Below, one piece after another: positions 1 through 11,761 of a stretch of 64,000 nucleotides of DNA (its first letter is position 1; each line of letters starts with the position of its first letter). This DNA is from Eledone cirrhosa (taxonomy: Eukaryota), in assembly GCA_964016885.1 (NCBI GenBank), contig OZ024754.1, forward strand, positions 15,500,001-15,564,000, given 5' to 3'. Below the pieces are notes generated by a model, which worked only from the letters and a program-made list of their open reading frames with translations, was not told the origin of the DNA and ran no database searches. The translations under genes were made by a program, and so were the position numbers.

Positions 1-59
1 GTTGTTCAAAAAAATCTGAAAAATTTATAAGCGGTGAGGAAAGAAAATTCAAGGCCTGA

Positions 60-180
60 GAATATCCGAATAGCTAAGAAGTTCTCTTCCCGATCATTAG
101 GTCCCGGGTTCGATTCCACTACCTGGCATTTGGGGCAAGTGTCATTTATCATAGCCTTGTGTCAACCTATTCCTTGTGTG
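60..180 (+). mobile_element. Degenerate tRNA-derived SINE with CORE-like segment
   Basis: Box B-like ggttcgattcc followed by ggggcaagtgtcattt, similar to the SINE at 17972. Confidence 0.4.
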
Positions 181-637
181 AAATGTAGTATTTTGTAAGT
201 ACATTGTTTTAAGTGCGTCGGATGGACGCTGCCGCCGAATCTCTGAGAATTACGTTAAGGATACACGTATCTATGGCATGCTATGAAACTGAAGGAGATC
301 CATCGGGCCTGGCGCCTAACATATTCTTAATTTTATAGCAGGCTTTCACTGCATAAATTGGGGCCACTGTCTGTGTCTTGTATACGAGGGTCGGCTGGAA
401 TGTTCATAGGCTGACCAAGATACTCTCATGGAAAAACCAAATGAGATTTATTTTTCAACATAGTTCCTGGAAAGAAACAATACAGTTAATAATAAGAAGA
501 GTTTCAATTAATGTACACAAGATTTCACAGCCCTAGCATCAATCCGTCATAGGCTGACCAACATACTCTCATAGAATGACCAAATGAAGCTTATTTTTCA
601 ACATAGTCCCTGGAAATAAACAATGTAGTTATTAATA

Positions 638-855
638 ATGGTTTCTCATATAGGCACAAGGCCAACAATTTTGGGGGAAGGGAAAGTCGATTAAATCGAC
701 CCTAGTGCGTGACTAGTACTTTATTTTATCGACCCCATAAGGATGAAAGGCAAAGTTAACCTCGGCGGGACTTGAACTCAGATCATAAAGGACCGTCACT
801 CTATGCTGCAAAGCATGGCGTCCGACCCTCTACCGATACTGCCAATTCACCGCCC
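638..855 (-). mobile_element. tRNA-derived SINE (Nin/Deu-like central domain), long form
   Basis: Reverse complement has box A tggcagtatcggt, box B gagttcaa..cc and the central gcctttcatcctta..ggggtcgataaaataaagtac. Confidence 0.85.
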
Positions 856-871
856 TTTAATACAGTTATTA

Positions 872-978
872 ATAATTGTTTCTACATTTGGCACAAGGCC
901 AGCAATTATCCCAGTGTATTACTGGTACTTTATTTTATCGACCCCGTAAGGATGAAAGGCAAAGTTAACCTCGGCAGT
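872..978 (-). mobile_element. 5'-truncated SINE copy
   Basis: Matches the 3' half of the same SINE family. Confidence 0.8.
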
Positions 979-1340
979 TATTAGTAATAACAGTTGAAAT
1001 GAATGCAAGGAAGAATGCACAGCCCTAGCATCACTCCTTCATAGAGAACCTATGATCTTTTCAGTCCACCATCGTATGTGCAGTGTTTAGTTTTACTCCG
1101 TGTTGTGGTAGGGGCGGGGTATTTTAATACATATACTTTATATGCTGTGCCTTATGTTGCTATTTTATTTTAAGTATGTTTTGCTGATATATTAATCTTC
1201 ATCTCTTTCTACTATTTCCAATTTCTACTATTATGCAAATTGGTTTTGCTTTCAATCCACATCTTCCGGATATCTTTCTTGTTAAATTATTACTGTTTTT
1301 ATTAGTTTTATTCTCTTTAACATATTAGTGTGCACCTTTC

Positions 1341-1446
1341 ATGAATTATTTAGCTGCTATTTCTTGCAAACCATATAAATATAAAGAGTGTCAATAGACT
1401 CTACATGGTCACTTGGTTTACAAGAAATAGCAGCTAAATAATTCAT
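1341..1446. repeat. Short hairpin/MITE-like inverted repeat
   Basis: atgaattatttagctgctatttcttg ... caagaaatagcagctaaataattcat, arms about 30 bp. Confidence 0.65.
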
Positions 1447-1471
1447 ATATATATTCATATATATATATATC

Positions 1472-1640
1472 AAGAAAGAAGATTGACATGGTTTGCTATA
1501 CAATAAGGGCTTTATTCACATTGCTGATAATAGTTTCTTTGATCTGACAGGTCTAGAGTTCGCTATACGCCTGATTTTACGCCAATCGATCTCCAATACT
1601 TTGTTTATAACCAGTCTGTTTCATCGGAGCGGGTGAAAAT
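1472..1640 (-). repeat. Diverged copy of the hammerhead-like module at 58932/59550
   Basis: Shares catggtt.gct.tacaataagggcttta, gtctagagttcgcta and tcgatctccaatac with 58932-59113. Confidence 0.7.
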
Positions 1641-1782
1641 GAAGAAAATATATAAGGCATGGTTTTTATATAAGTGTGGTATTAAACCAGCCACTAAGCC
1701 ACACGTTAATACTATCCACTACAAGAACTACTCCAACTGGACTACATCTAAGTGGACTGCCATAACGATAACCTGTTATCCC

Positions 1783-1820
<38 letters not shown>

Positions 1821-1824
<4 letters not shown>

Positions 1825-2013
1825 ATAATAATAAATTTGAAGACTAAAATCCAAAGAGGGCTCGATAAGGATAAATATATATCAAATATATAAGAACCCT
1901 AGAGCAAATATTTATTAAAATAACAGATTAAATTTTAAGCAAAGAATCGGTGCTTTCACTCGTAAGGGTGAAAGCAGCGATTCTTTGCTTAAACTTTAAT
2001 CTGTTATTTTAAT
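1821..2013. repeat. (TA)n-flanked module ending in a fold-back centred on hammerhead stem II
   Basis: Inverted arms across 1914-2013 around tttcac-tcgtaa-gggtgaaa; same family at 2340-2515, 18180-18555 and 48960-49120. Confidence 0.7.
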
Positions 2014-2031
2014 TTTAATATATATATAAAT

Positions 2032-2107
<76 letters not shown>

Positions 2108-2183
2108 CGAAGGAAATGTGGTAAGGAACCAGGTGGACCATAACGCACCAAAGTACTCAATACTTAGGGTAGTAGAGTGGGTA

Positions 2184-2294
2184 ATAGGAACGAGTAGGAC
2201 CCCGACGGCTGAGCTCAAGCCGTTTCGACGGCTAATTGAGTCCAGAATTAGCCGTCGAAACGGCTTGAGCTCAGCCGTCGGAGTCCTACTCGTT

Positions 2295-2299
<5 letters not shown>
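2184..2299. repeat. Fold-back inverted repeat carrying the 3' half of a hammerhead (GAAA-CGGC..GCCG-UC)
   Basis: Near-perfect arms of about 55 bp; gaaacggcttgagctcagccgtc gives stem III plus a GUC triplet; the CUGANGA half is absent. Confidence 0.65.
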
Positions 2300-2333
<34 letters not shown>

Positions 2334-2351
2334 GTTTCAGCAAAGAAACTC

Positions 2352-2402
2352 GGTTTCAGAAGATCCCGTTAAGGATGAAAGCAGCAATTCTTTGCTTAAA
2401 TT
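2352..2402 (+). ncRNA. Type I hammerhead-like motif, CAGAAGA core variant
   Basis: GGUUU CAGAAGA UCCCGUUAAGGAU GAAA GCA..UGC UU AAAUU. Confidence 0.5.
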
Positions 2403-2519
2403 TTAATGTCATTTTAATAGATATTTGCTCTAGGGTTTTGATATATTATTTGGTATATATATAATCCTTATCGAGCCCTCTTCGGATTTTAGTCTTCATA
2501 TTTATTATTATTATTATAT

Positions 2520-2829
2520 TGGCAGTATCTGAGTTCAAATCCCGCCGAGGTTGACTTTGCCTTTCATCATTACGGGGTCGATAAAATAAAGTACCAGTAA
2601 TGCACTGGATAATTGCTGGCCTTGTGCCTAAAGTAGAAACAATTATTATATTGGCAGTATCGGAAGAGGGTCGGACGCCATGCTTTGACGCATAGTTACG
2701 GCCCTTGCCATTCTGAGTTCATATCCCCCCGAGGTTAACTTTGCCTTTCATCCTTACGGGGTCGATAAAATAAAGTACCAGTAATGCACTGGGTAATTGC
2801 TGGCCTTGTGCCAAAAGTCGAAACAATTA
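2520..2829 (+). mobile_element. Two tandem SINE copies (first internally deleted)
   Basis: Same SINE family, ending in an (ATT)n tail. Confidence 0.85.
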
Positions 2830-2840
2830 TTATTATTATT

Positions 2841-3149
2841 ATTACAGTTGCATTTATCTTGCTTTATGTTCATACGAGTTATCACCAAGTCACAACCAGT
2901 GACCTCAAGAGACAACAAGGTCCGCCATGTTCAAGGAAGAACATACATATTCACACATGCATCTTTAGTGTTTAGACTTGTGATGTACTTATACTGACAG
3001 AATCTTCCTTAGTATATGGGCAGTTCCCATTAGTACTATCTTTTGTATTTCTCCTATACGCGGGTTTCCTGGGATCTGCGATAAGTAATCATTAGACCCC
3101 TTAGGTATCATTCCCAGAGCGCCTACAACCACTGGTATTGTTTTAGTTT
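2841..3149 (-). mobile_element. 3' fragment of an R4/Dong-like non-LTR retrotransposon
   Basis: Near-identical to 11758-12064; flanked by (TTA)n. Confidence 0.8.
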
Positions 3150-3171
3150 ATTATTATTATTTAGTTTATTA

Positions 3172-3310
3172 TTTTCATTGTTATTTTTGTTACATCCTCT
3201 GTTTTTGTTTTTTTACACGCAGAAATGCCCATTTGTACCGTCCTGCATTGTCCTGCACTGTCCTTAATGTCTACTTTATGTAAACCCTTGTGGTTAATAA
3301 AGAAATCATT
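3172..3310 (+). mobile_element. 3'UTR-only copy of the Tx1-like LINE
   Basis: Matches about 9305-9434 (tacacgcagaaatgcccatttgtaccgtcc...ttaataaa); attatttagtttattat on both sides is an apparent TSD. Confidence 0.75.
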
Positions 3311-3555
3311 ATTTAGTTTATTATCATTATTATTATTATTATTATTGGCGACCTACGTAGGAAATCGTATTATCGTGAGCTCCGCAAAGGTTTGTTATTT
3401 CCGTTTGTTTAAAAATTGCCATTTATGGAAAATTTTATTGTAAACTGTTTATAAGCACACATACATTGTTTTCCGAAAAGGACACCCAAAAAGATTGGGG
3501 CCTTGTGCCCAAAATTTTAACTTTTATTATTATACAAAAATTTCTTTGAAAAAAA

Positions 3556-5733
3556 ATGGCTAATTCCCCTCTGCACGAAGCAGCTGAAAGCCTTCCTCAC
3601 AAAATAACACCTCACACCGACACCACCATTGTAAATGTTACTACGTTTGCCAACACAAAAAAAAAAATATAAGCAGTAGCAATATTTTTAATTTGTCTCA
3701 GGCAGACATTCATTTCCCGCCATTACCAATGACTGCAGGTGTTAAACCCTCCACCACCACCACCACCGCGACAACCACCACCGCGACAACAGAAACAAAA
3801 GAAGAAAAAAATAAATTAACTCGTGACGTCGAAATGAAATCAAGCAAAATGGACTCTTCCCCACCAAAGACGACTGACGTCACCACCACCACAACTGAAA
3901 ATAAAATTAATATTAACGATAGCAACAACAACAACAATGACATTATAAAACCGACCCTCAGTTTCGCCATCGTAGCAAAACAATTCGAAGCGTTCACGGT
4001 AACTCAAGAAGATTTAGAAAATGCCAAACAAATGGTAAAGAAAGATGGGTACAGGGTCAGCCCCCCCCCAACCTAATAAAATGGAGCAGCGGCGCCTGTG
4101 CACCGTGTCGTATAGAACAATAAATGTAAAATCGCGCCGAGTGGAACGGGCATCCGAGTCCCAAATCCAAAAAGCTTTGGGACATGTGTGGGCAAGAAAA
4201 ACCCACATCAGACGTGGGCAAAAGTATGGAACCGTGGATGTGTTCTTTGAAACACCAGAGGAGGCTAGAGAACACTCCATGGCCCCATTAAAAAGTGACG
4301 ACCTCACACTCGTCCCAAGCTATTGTGGCCAGAGACTCGTAAAGATCAGGGTGACCCACGTTCCACCGGCCATCGAAATTCCCTGGCTAATAGCAGCTGT
4401 CCTCGCTGGCATCGAAGCCAACACGAAAATAATAGCAGTAGCAAAAGAAAAGCAGGAAAACTGGTCCGGATCTGGGATGGAGCTCCTAATCCAAGCGGAC
4501 CAAAAAAGCATTGAGGAGATCCCAGAGGTAATAGACCTCACTGACGGCAGCCACCTCACGGTAATTGTCGAGGGCAGAAGACCTAGGTGTGTCGTTTGTG
4601 GTGAAGGAACCCACCTAAGGGCTTTCTGCCCTCAGGCTAAAAGGTTGAGGCCACCTCTCCTACCCACCCCAGTGACACAACCATCAACACCACCAGTAGC
4701 AGAGATGGCAGCAACAACTGTAGCAGCAACAACAGAAGCAACTATAACAGCAACAACCCCAGCAACAGTAGCAAACCCAACACCACTACCACCACCAGCA
4801 AAACCAACACCACCAACACCCAACGCTTCAGAACTAGCACCAGCGCCTACACCATCCACCACATCACAACCAAAACTAACGGCTGTGGAGGATTTTCCAC
4901 TCCCCGGCCTATCACAACTGGAGACAGATTGTGACGACGAGGAGTGGGAAACGATATCCGGAAAAAAAAAAAGAAACCAAAAAAGAAAAAATTCTCTTCC
5001 TTCCCCCTCCAAAAACAAAATACAGAGGGAAACAAATAAACTAAGAAACAAAAAAGTTAGGACAGATATGCCACCATCCACACCAGCATCACCAACCCCA
5101 TCAACCCAAACACCAACACCATCACCATCATTAACTCCAACACCACCATCACCTACACCACAAAAGTCACCAAAATGCGAAACAGAAACAAACTCACAAC
5201 AAACGCCAACAAAACAAAACAACCAAAACGATACACACTACACAGCATTAAATTTGAACAACAAGGGCGGTGGATTGGCAGTATCGGTAGAGGGTCGGAC
5301 GCCATGCTTTCCAGCATGGTTACGTCCCTTTACGATCTGAGTTCAAATCCCGCCGAGGTTGACTTTGCCTTTCATCCTTACGGGGTCGATAAAATAAAGT
5401 ACCAGTAATGCACTGGGTAATTGCTGGCCTTGTGCCTAAAAGTAGAAACAATTAAATTTGAACAACAAGCAATTATTACACTACATCCAACACAACACCA
5501 GCATCACAGAAAAAGACTACACAACAACCCCAAAATTCACACCACCTCCACACATACAAATCACTCGCATCACACAGAAAACGTACATGACACGAAAACA
5601 AAAATTCCCCAAAGACATCGGAGACTTCCGACAAGCACTCTCCAGGAGGATTTATAAGGACATCCTTCCTGAGGAGGCCACAAGCAGTGAAAAGGATGGA
5701 AAAACCGTCCTTCCCCTACGAGAAGTAAGGTAA
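3556..5733 (+). pseudogene. ORF1 (gag-like, CX2CX4HX4C zinc knuckle), frameshifted and interrupted by a SINE
   Basis: CVVCGEGTHLRAFC in ORF 4045-5340; frameshifts at A/C homopolymers near 3660 and 4065; frame resumes as LNNKQLLHY after the SINE. Confidence 0.75.
5266..5450 (+). mobile_element. Full-length young SINE inserted in LINE ORF1
   Basis: Perfect 19-bp TSD attaaatttgaacaacaag at 5247-5265 and 5451-5469. Confidence 0.95.
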
Positions 5734-5767
5734 GTGGTCTTTCCCATCTTTTCCACTCCTTTTCAAC

Positions 5768-8700
5768 ATGACCTCACTCAGAATAGGCAGCATAAATGCG
5801 CGTGGCTTGGGGTCGTCATAGAAGCAGGGCCACCTGCTCAACGACCTCAGGTCACTAAACATAGATGTAGTGGCCATCAGCGAGACCAGATCTCCGAAGC
5901 ACAGGCTTTCGAACCGATCTTCGGCGGCTACGATGTGTACGCATCTCCCAGCCGTCCGGGATCGGAGGGAGGAGTTGCTGTGCTTTTTCGGAGAGGTTTG
6001 GATCTTGCCATACGGGCCATCTTCCTGGACCCAGAAGGTAAGTTGGTGGTGCTGGACGTGACCAGCGGAGACGGGCAAGCTTTCAGGTTAGTGGCCGTCT
6101 ATGCCCCGACAGGAGCAGGGCGGCCTGATTTCTTCCGGCGTCTGGAGACCTTTCTTGGAACGTCCCGCTCTTTAGTGTTAGTGGGCGACTGGGACGGGAT
6201 CTTAGATGCACGCTGGGATTGTGTGGGATTAGTGGATAGGGAAGGAGGGTGCAAGAGTCTCACCAACTTGCTCAGACGTTTTGATCTGTCTGACAGGTAC
6301 CGAATGGATTTCCCGAATGTACCAATGTGGACTTGGACAAATCGCATAGGGTCATCCAGATCATATCTAGATAGAGTATTTTGTAGGGAAATAGATAGGT
6401 CTAGCATAGGCTGTCCACAATTCAAGATAGTCAGCTACACGGACCACAAATTCGTGATCTGTGTGCTTGACTTAGATAGGCTTCATAGACGAGGACCCGG
6501 CTACTGGAAGCTAAACGCGTCCTTACCAGCGCGCAAGGCCTACAGAGACCGGATTAGCGAACTAGTTAAGCGGGCGTTGACGGGGGCCATCGTCAACAAC
6601 AAGTGGTGGTTTGCTCTGAAAAGAGCAATTAGAATAGAGTCCATTAGGTTTAGTAAGACTTTAGCAATAGAGAAAAATAGAGCAGAGGGAGAATTAGTTA
6701 GAAAATTAGATGAGGCGCTTAGCAAAGGCATCGCGACCGACGTACTTGCGGCGAAATTGGCCCTTGACCAATTCTTCAATGCAAAGCACGAAGGCTGCGT
6801 TGTCAGAGCTAGGGTGCGTGCTTTCAGACACGAGGGGACGAAAGCCGTTCAATGGGCCCGAGTGGCGGAGGCGCGTCGTGGCAACAAAGCCACGATCCGG
6901 TCTTTGGTGGACCACGACGGGCGCATGCTACTCGATCCCGGGCAAATGTGTGAAGCTTTTCAGCGACACTTCGCTCAACTGTTCGGGGGAAGTGGCGGGC
7001 CGGATCGAGGGATGGACTTTAGTGTCTACCTCGACGGACTGCCGCGGCTTTCGGCCACTGAGGCGGAGTGTTGCGAAAAGCCGATAACAACCGCTGAAGT
7101 ACGGGATGCAATGACTAGTTGCACAAGGGGTAAATCGCCTGGTTTGGATGGTCTGCCCTATGAACTTTACATACAAATGCCAAACTTGTTCGGAGGCCTC
7201 TTGGCGGACGTCTACTGCAACTGGCAACAGAAAGGGAGAATTCCCAGCTCTGTGAGCCGAGGAGCGGTGGCGCTGCTGAGAAAGGATCCGAACAAGAGGG
7301 ATAACATAGATCATTTTAGGCCCATAACTCTGCTAAACTCAGAGTTCAAGATTTTGGCCAAGGTGCTAGCAAAGAGGTTGGCGCTTGTCGTTGGTGGTCT
7401 GGTGGGAGAGGCACAGACATGCGCCATTCCCGACAGATCCATCCACGACAACCTCCACCTCATGCGATACATCGTAGAGAGGGTAGCTAGGGAACCTGGC
7501 ACGGGTGGGTCTTTGATCAATTTAGATCAGTCGAAAGCCTTCGATAGGGTCGACCATCGTTACCTAGCGGCAGTCCTGAGGGCGGCTGGCTTTGGGCCCG
7601 TCTTCAGAGGCTGGATCGCTGCCATGCACAGCGACATCTGCTCTGTAGTGAGAGTGAACGGTCACCTTTCGGAACCGTTCAACATCATGCGCTCGGTCCG
7701 CCAAGGATGTCCCCTCTCGTCCCTATTGTACGTATTGACTCTCGAGCCATTACTGCACAAACTGGAGACGTTGAGGGGGGGTCCCGCGCGAACTAGGATG
7801 CGGAAGATCCGTGTCAGCATATGCCGACGATGTCACCGTAGTGGTGTCGAACGCCAAACACATCGAGGCGATCGGCACTACACTAAGAGAATACGAAGCG
7901 GTGACAGGAGCAATGATCAACCAGGAAAAGTCAGTGGGCCTGCAGCTCGGCACCTGGAGAGGCAGGTCCATGCCGTCCAACAGCGTCGTCGGGCGCTGGA
8001 CGGACGGACCGGTTAAATTGCTAGGGGTCTGGTTCGGTCCAGACCTCCAGACGGACAAAAACTGGGACGAGGTGACGAGCAGGGTGGCTTCTCTCACCCA
8101 GAAATGGGCCGAGAGGAAGCTATCCCTGAAAGGTAGAGCGGAGGTGGCGAATGCGTACATCGCATCCGTCATCTACTACCGCCTGACCGTCGTACCTTGT
8201 CCTAAGCCCCGCCTGACTGCGCTGGAGCGTTTGCTCTTTCGCTTCTTGTGGAAGGGACGCGCTCCGATGGTCAGGCGGTCCATCTGCTGTCAACACCCGC
8301 TACGTGGAGGGCTGGGCATGCCGTGGCTGATGATGCGCAGACACGCGCTCAGGCTACGACATCTCCACCTCTTCCTCGACGGTGATCAGGTGTGGTCGCC
8401 GTTTGCTAGACACGTTTTTCCCCAGCTCGTCTCCTTGACGGAGCTGCAGTCCTGGGTCAAGCGAAGACCGAGAGGGAGCGCTTGGAGACTGGAATGTCTT
8501 CAGGCGCTCACAGCCCTCGACCAATCGGTCAATGTGATCGGTGGAAACTCCACCTTGGCGTTCTATAGGGGATTAGTGGAGGGGAAGAGCGACGACGTAC
8601 TTGGAGAAACTCTAGGCGTCGACGAAAATCAACTAGCCAATCTCTTCGGAAGGACTTTCGGGCCGGGGCCTATGGACAACTTCCAGAAATCCCTGGCCTG

Positions 8701-9187
8701 GCAGTGCTACCGAGGAGCCTTGCCAGTTCGGGATAAACTCTACAGGCATGGAGGTGCCGTCAGCCGGGTATGTCCGAGATGCGCGCAGGGCGACGAAACC
8801 GTCCTGCACGCACTCGTCCAGTGTCCGAGAATTGCTGACTTGTGGGTTTATGTCGAACACCTGCTGTCACGTGTTGGACGGATCCAGCTATCAGCTGAGT
8901 CCATCGTGAGGATTGCCCCGCCCCCTTCCTTTAGCCGGGAAGGGCAGGCAGTTTTTATCTGTCTGGTGGCCATGGCGAAAGAGATAGTATGGTGGACACG
9001 TTTGAAAGGGCTGAAGACGAGCACTTACCTCTTCGGTGATGCCCTGATTAACTTTTTCAAATTTCATTTGAAAAGGAAAATCAGGGTAGAGAGGGAAGTG
9101 CTCTCTTCCCAGCATTTTGTTGAAAGATGGGTGAGAGAAGCAAGTATGGCCCGAATGAATGGGCCTTCTCTGAGAATATGTCTGTAA
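5768..9187 (+). pseudogene. ORF2: apurinic-like endonuclease / reverse transcriptase, disrupted
   Basis: INARGL..DVVAISET, VYAP, GDWD, LDR, TDH, KSPGLDG, FRPITLLN, LDQSKAFDRV, RQGCPLS, YADD, CPRC..ETVLHALVQC; a stop near 5819 and frameshifts near 5900 and 7780. Confidence 0.9.
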
Positions 9188-9433
9188 ATTAAAGGTGGAA
9201 AACTGGGAGAGGGCACTTGCCCTGGTGGTCAGGGCCACTGTGGTCTTTTAATGGGCTTTCTCCACAAATGTCCCTCGGAAGTCTCCCCCCATATTGGGGA
9301 ATTTTTTTCTTTGTTATTTTATTTCATCCTCTGTTTTTTTTACACGCAGAAATGCCCATTTGTACCGTCCTGTATTGTCCTGTACTGTCCTTAATGTCTA
9401 CTTTATGTAAATCCTTGTGGTTAATAAACAAAA

Positions 9434-9434
<1 letters not shown>

Positions 9435-9485
<51 letters not shown>
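9435..9485. repeat. (TTA)n microsatellite
   Basis: Seen directly. Confidence 0.95.
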
Positions 9486-11692
9486 GTTCTTTGAGTCTCA
9501 GTCATTGATGTTAGTTAACTGGAAAGTTTGTTGAAATGAATATCAAGCCACTACCTGCAGCCTCAGATATTCAGGACGTATCGGAGGGTTCTTGCTGTTC
9601 CCAGCAAGCATGCCTTTTGAAGCGTTCCAAAAAGCGTGAAGGGGCCAATTTTCTTTAACCATCCCTGGAAACTTTTTGAGATAGTCCCTAGTGCGCCTAT
9701 GACAATCGGGATCACTTTGACTTCATGGCAGTTCCAAATCCTTTTTACCTCCCACTTTAAGTCCTGGTATCGGTTAATTTTCTCCCTCTCCTTCTCTTGC
9801 ACTCTCGTGTCGAATGGGCAGGCAACATCCACAATCAGGCACGATATTTTTTCTTTGTCCACAACCACTAGGTCAGGTCTATTGTGTTCCAGTTTCTTGT
9901 CCGTCTGTATCCTAAAATCCCACAGCACCTTCACCTGATCGTTTTCTATCACCGACTCTGGCTTATGCCCATACCACTTCTCAGAATGTGGTAAATTGTT
10001 TACTTTGCACAAGTGCCAGTGGATCACCCTGCCCATCACATCATGTCTCCAGCCCTTATAGTGAGTCTGGGCTAGGTGTTTACACTCGGATACAATGTGA
10101 GCCACAGTCTCCTCTCTCTCTCCACAGATCCTGCACAGTGGGCTAGCCTCCTCCTTGTAAATATGGTGTGTCAACCACTTCGTTTTGAGGGCCTGCTCCT
10201 GCGCAGCCATTAACATTCCTTCTGTAGCCTTTTTAAGGTCTCCTCTTTTCAACCAGTTCCATGTCTGTGGATCTCTAAATTCAGTTTTCTCAAAGAAGGT
10301 ACTATGAAGGGATTTTTCCTGAAGGCTGCTCTTTCTCCTTGATGTTATTTCCTCCTTGGACATCCCCTGGTCTATTGTCCCCTCCTTCAGTACAGTTCTG
10401 AGCATTGGCTCCTCACTATCAGTCACGTATTTGTGTAGGTTGTTTTTCTCCATCTGAACACAGTCCTCTATGCTGATAAGACCTCTTCCACCTTCAGATC
10501 TCCTTAAGTAGAGTCTATCGACGTCACTCCTCTTGTGGAACATGTTGTAGATAGTCAATAGCTTCCTAGTCTTCCTATCCATTTCTTTTTGTTCAGCAAC
10601 ATTCCATCTCAGAATTCCCGCACTGTACCTAATAATAGACACAGCTCGGGAATTTACTGCACTTATGGCATTCCTACTGTTCAGATGTGACTTTAATACG
10701 CTCCTTACTCTCCGAATGTATTCAGTTCTTATCAATTCCTTCATTTTTTTGTTCTTGATGTCATCAGCCTCCAGAACACCCAAATACTTGTATCCTTCTT
10801 CAGAGTCAATTTCCTTTATCATCTCACCTGTTGGTACCTGGATTCCGTTACTTCTGCTCAAAATGACTCTTCATCAAAATGACTCCACACTTACTAATAC
10901 CAAATTGCATACATATATCATCGCTGAAAATACGGACAGTGTCAACAAGCACATCCAACTCCTTCTCACTCTTCCCGAAGAGCCTAAGATCGTCCATGAA
11001 GAGGAGGTGATTGATGGTAAGCCCTCCCTTTCCCAACCTGTATCCTGCTCTCACTTTTCGCAGTTCACTGGTCAGGGGCATCAGGGCAAGGACAAACAAC
11101 AGAGGGGACAGACTATCTCCCTGGAAAATACCTCTCTTGATGTTCACGCTTCCCAAGGATTCTCCAGTTGATGTTAACTCTGTTTCCCAGGACTTCATAC
11201 TTTTGCCCAACAACTGTCTGATGTTATCTGCCACCTTGAAGATCTCCAGGCTTTTGGTGATCCAAGAATGAGGCACCATGTCAAATGCCTTTTTGTAGTC
11301 TATCCATCCCATGGCAAGACCAGTGTGTCTCCTCTTGCAATTCCTCATTACCATCTTATCAATAAGTAACTGGTCCTTTGTACCACGTGACTTCTTTCGG
11401 CATCCTTTCTGTTCGTCCGGTAACAAGTTGTTTGTGTGGAGGTGATGGTAGATTTCCTCAGACATAATGCTTGTCAACAGTTTCCACATTACGGACAGAC
11501 ATGTGATAGGTCTATAGTTGGTTACATGATTACCCTTGATTCGGTCTTTCATTATCAGAACTGTGGTACCTTTTGTCAACCACTCTGGTACCTCACCTGA
11601 CATCAAGCAGTCATTGAACATGGTTGTCAGTTTCGGGTGAAGGGATGTTATATTTTTAATCCAATACCCCTGCACACCATCTGGGCCTGGTG

Positions 11693-11695
<3 letters not shown>
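9486..11695 (-). mobile_element. 5'-truncated R4/Dong-like RT + restriction-like endonuclease retrotransposon
   Basis: KSPGPDG, YRPITCL, WIDYKKAFD, RGIFQGDSLSP, FMDD, CRICGEREETVAHIVSEC, RHD, RPDLVVVD, YQDL; frameshift near 10855; (TAA)n on both sides. Confidence 0.88.

Positions 11696-11760
<65 letters not shown>

Positions 11761-11761
<1 letters not shown>

Larger units (their letters stand above)
383..1076. mobile_element. Mariner-type MITE interrupted by SINEs
   Basis: Ends tacgagggtcggctggaatgttcatag ... ctatgatcttttcagtccaccatcgta form imperfect TIRs with TA termini; an uninterrupted relative lies at 46709-46911. Confidence 0.6.
3347..9434 (+). mobile_element. Near full-length Tx1-clade (L1-like) non-LTR retrotransposon inserted in (TTA)n
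   Basis: ORF1 with a CCHC knuckle, ORF2 with APE endonuclease + RT + C-terminal Cys motif, 3'UTR with aataaa; (TTA)n on both sides. Confidence 0.9.

Noticed and set aside
4632-5222. Antisense Gly/Val-rich ORF in LINE ORF1
   Set aside because: Mirror of the Pro/Thr-rich low-complexity sense frame.
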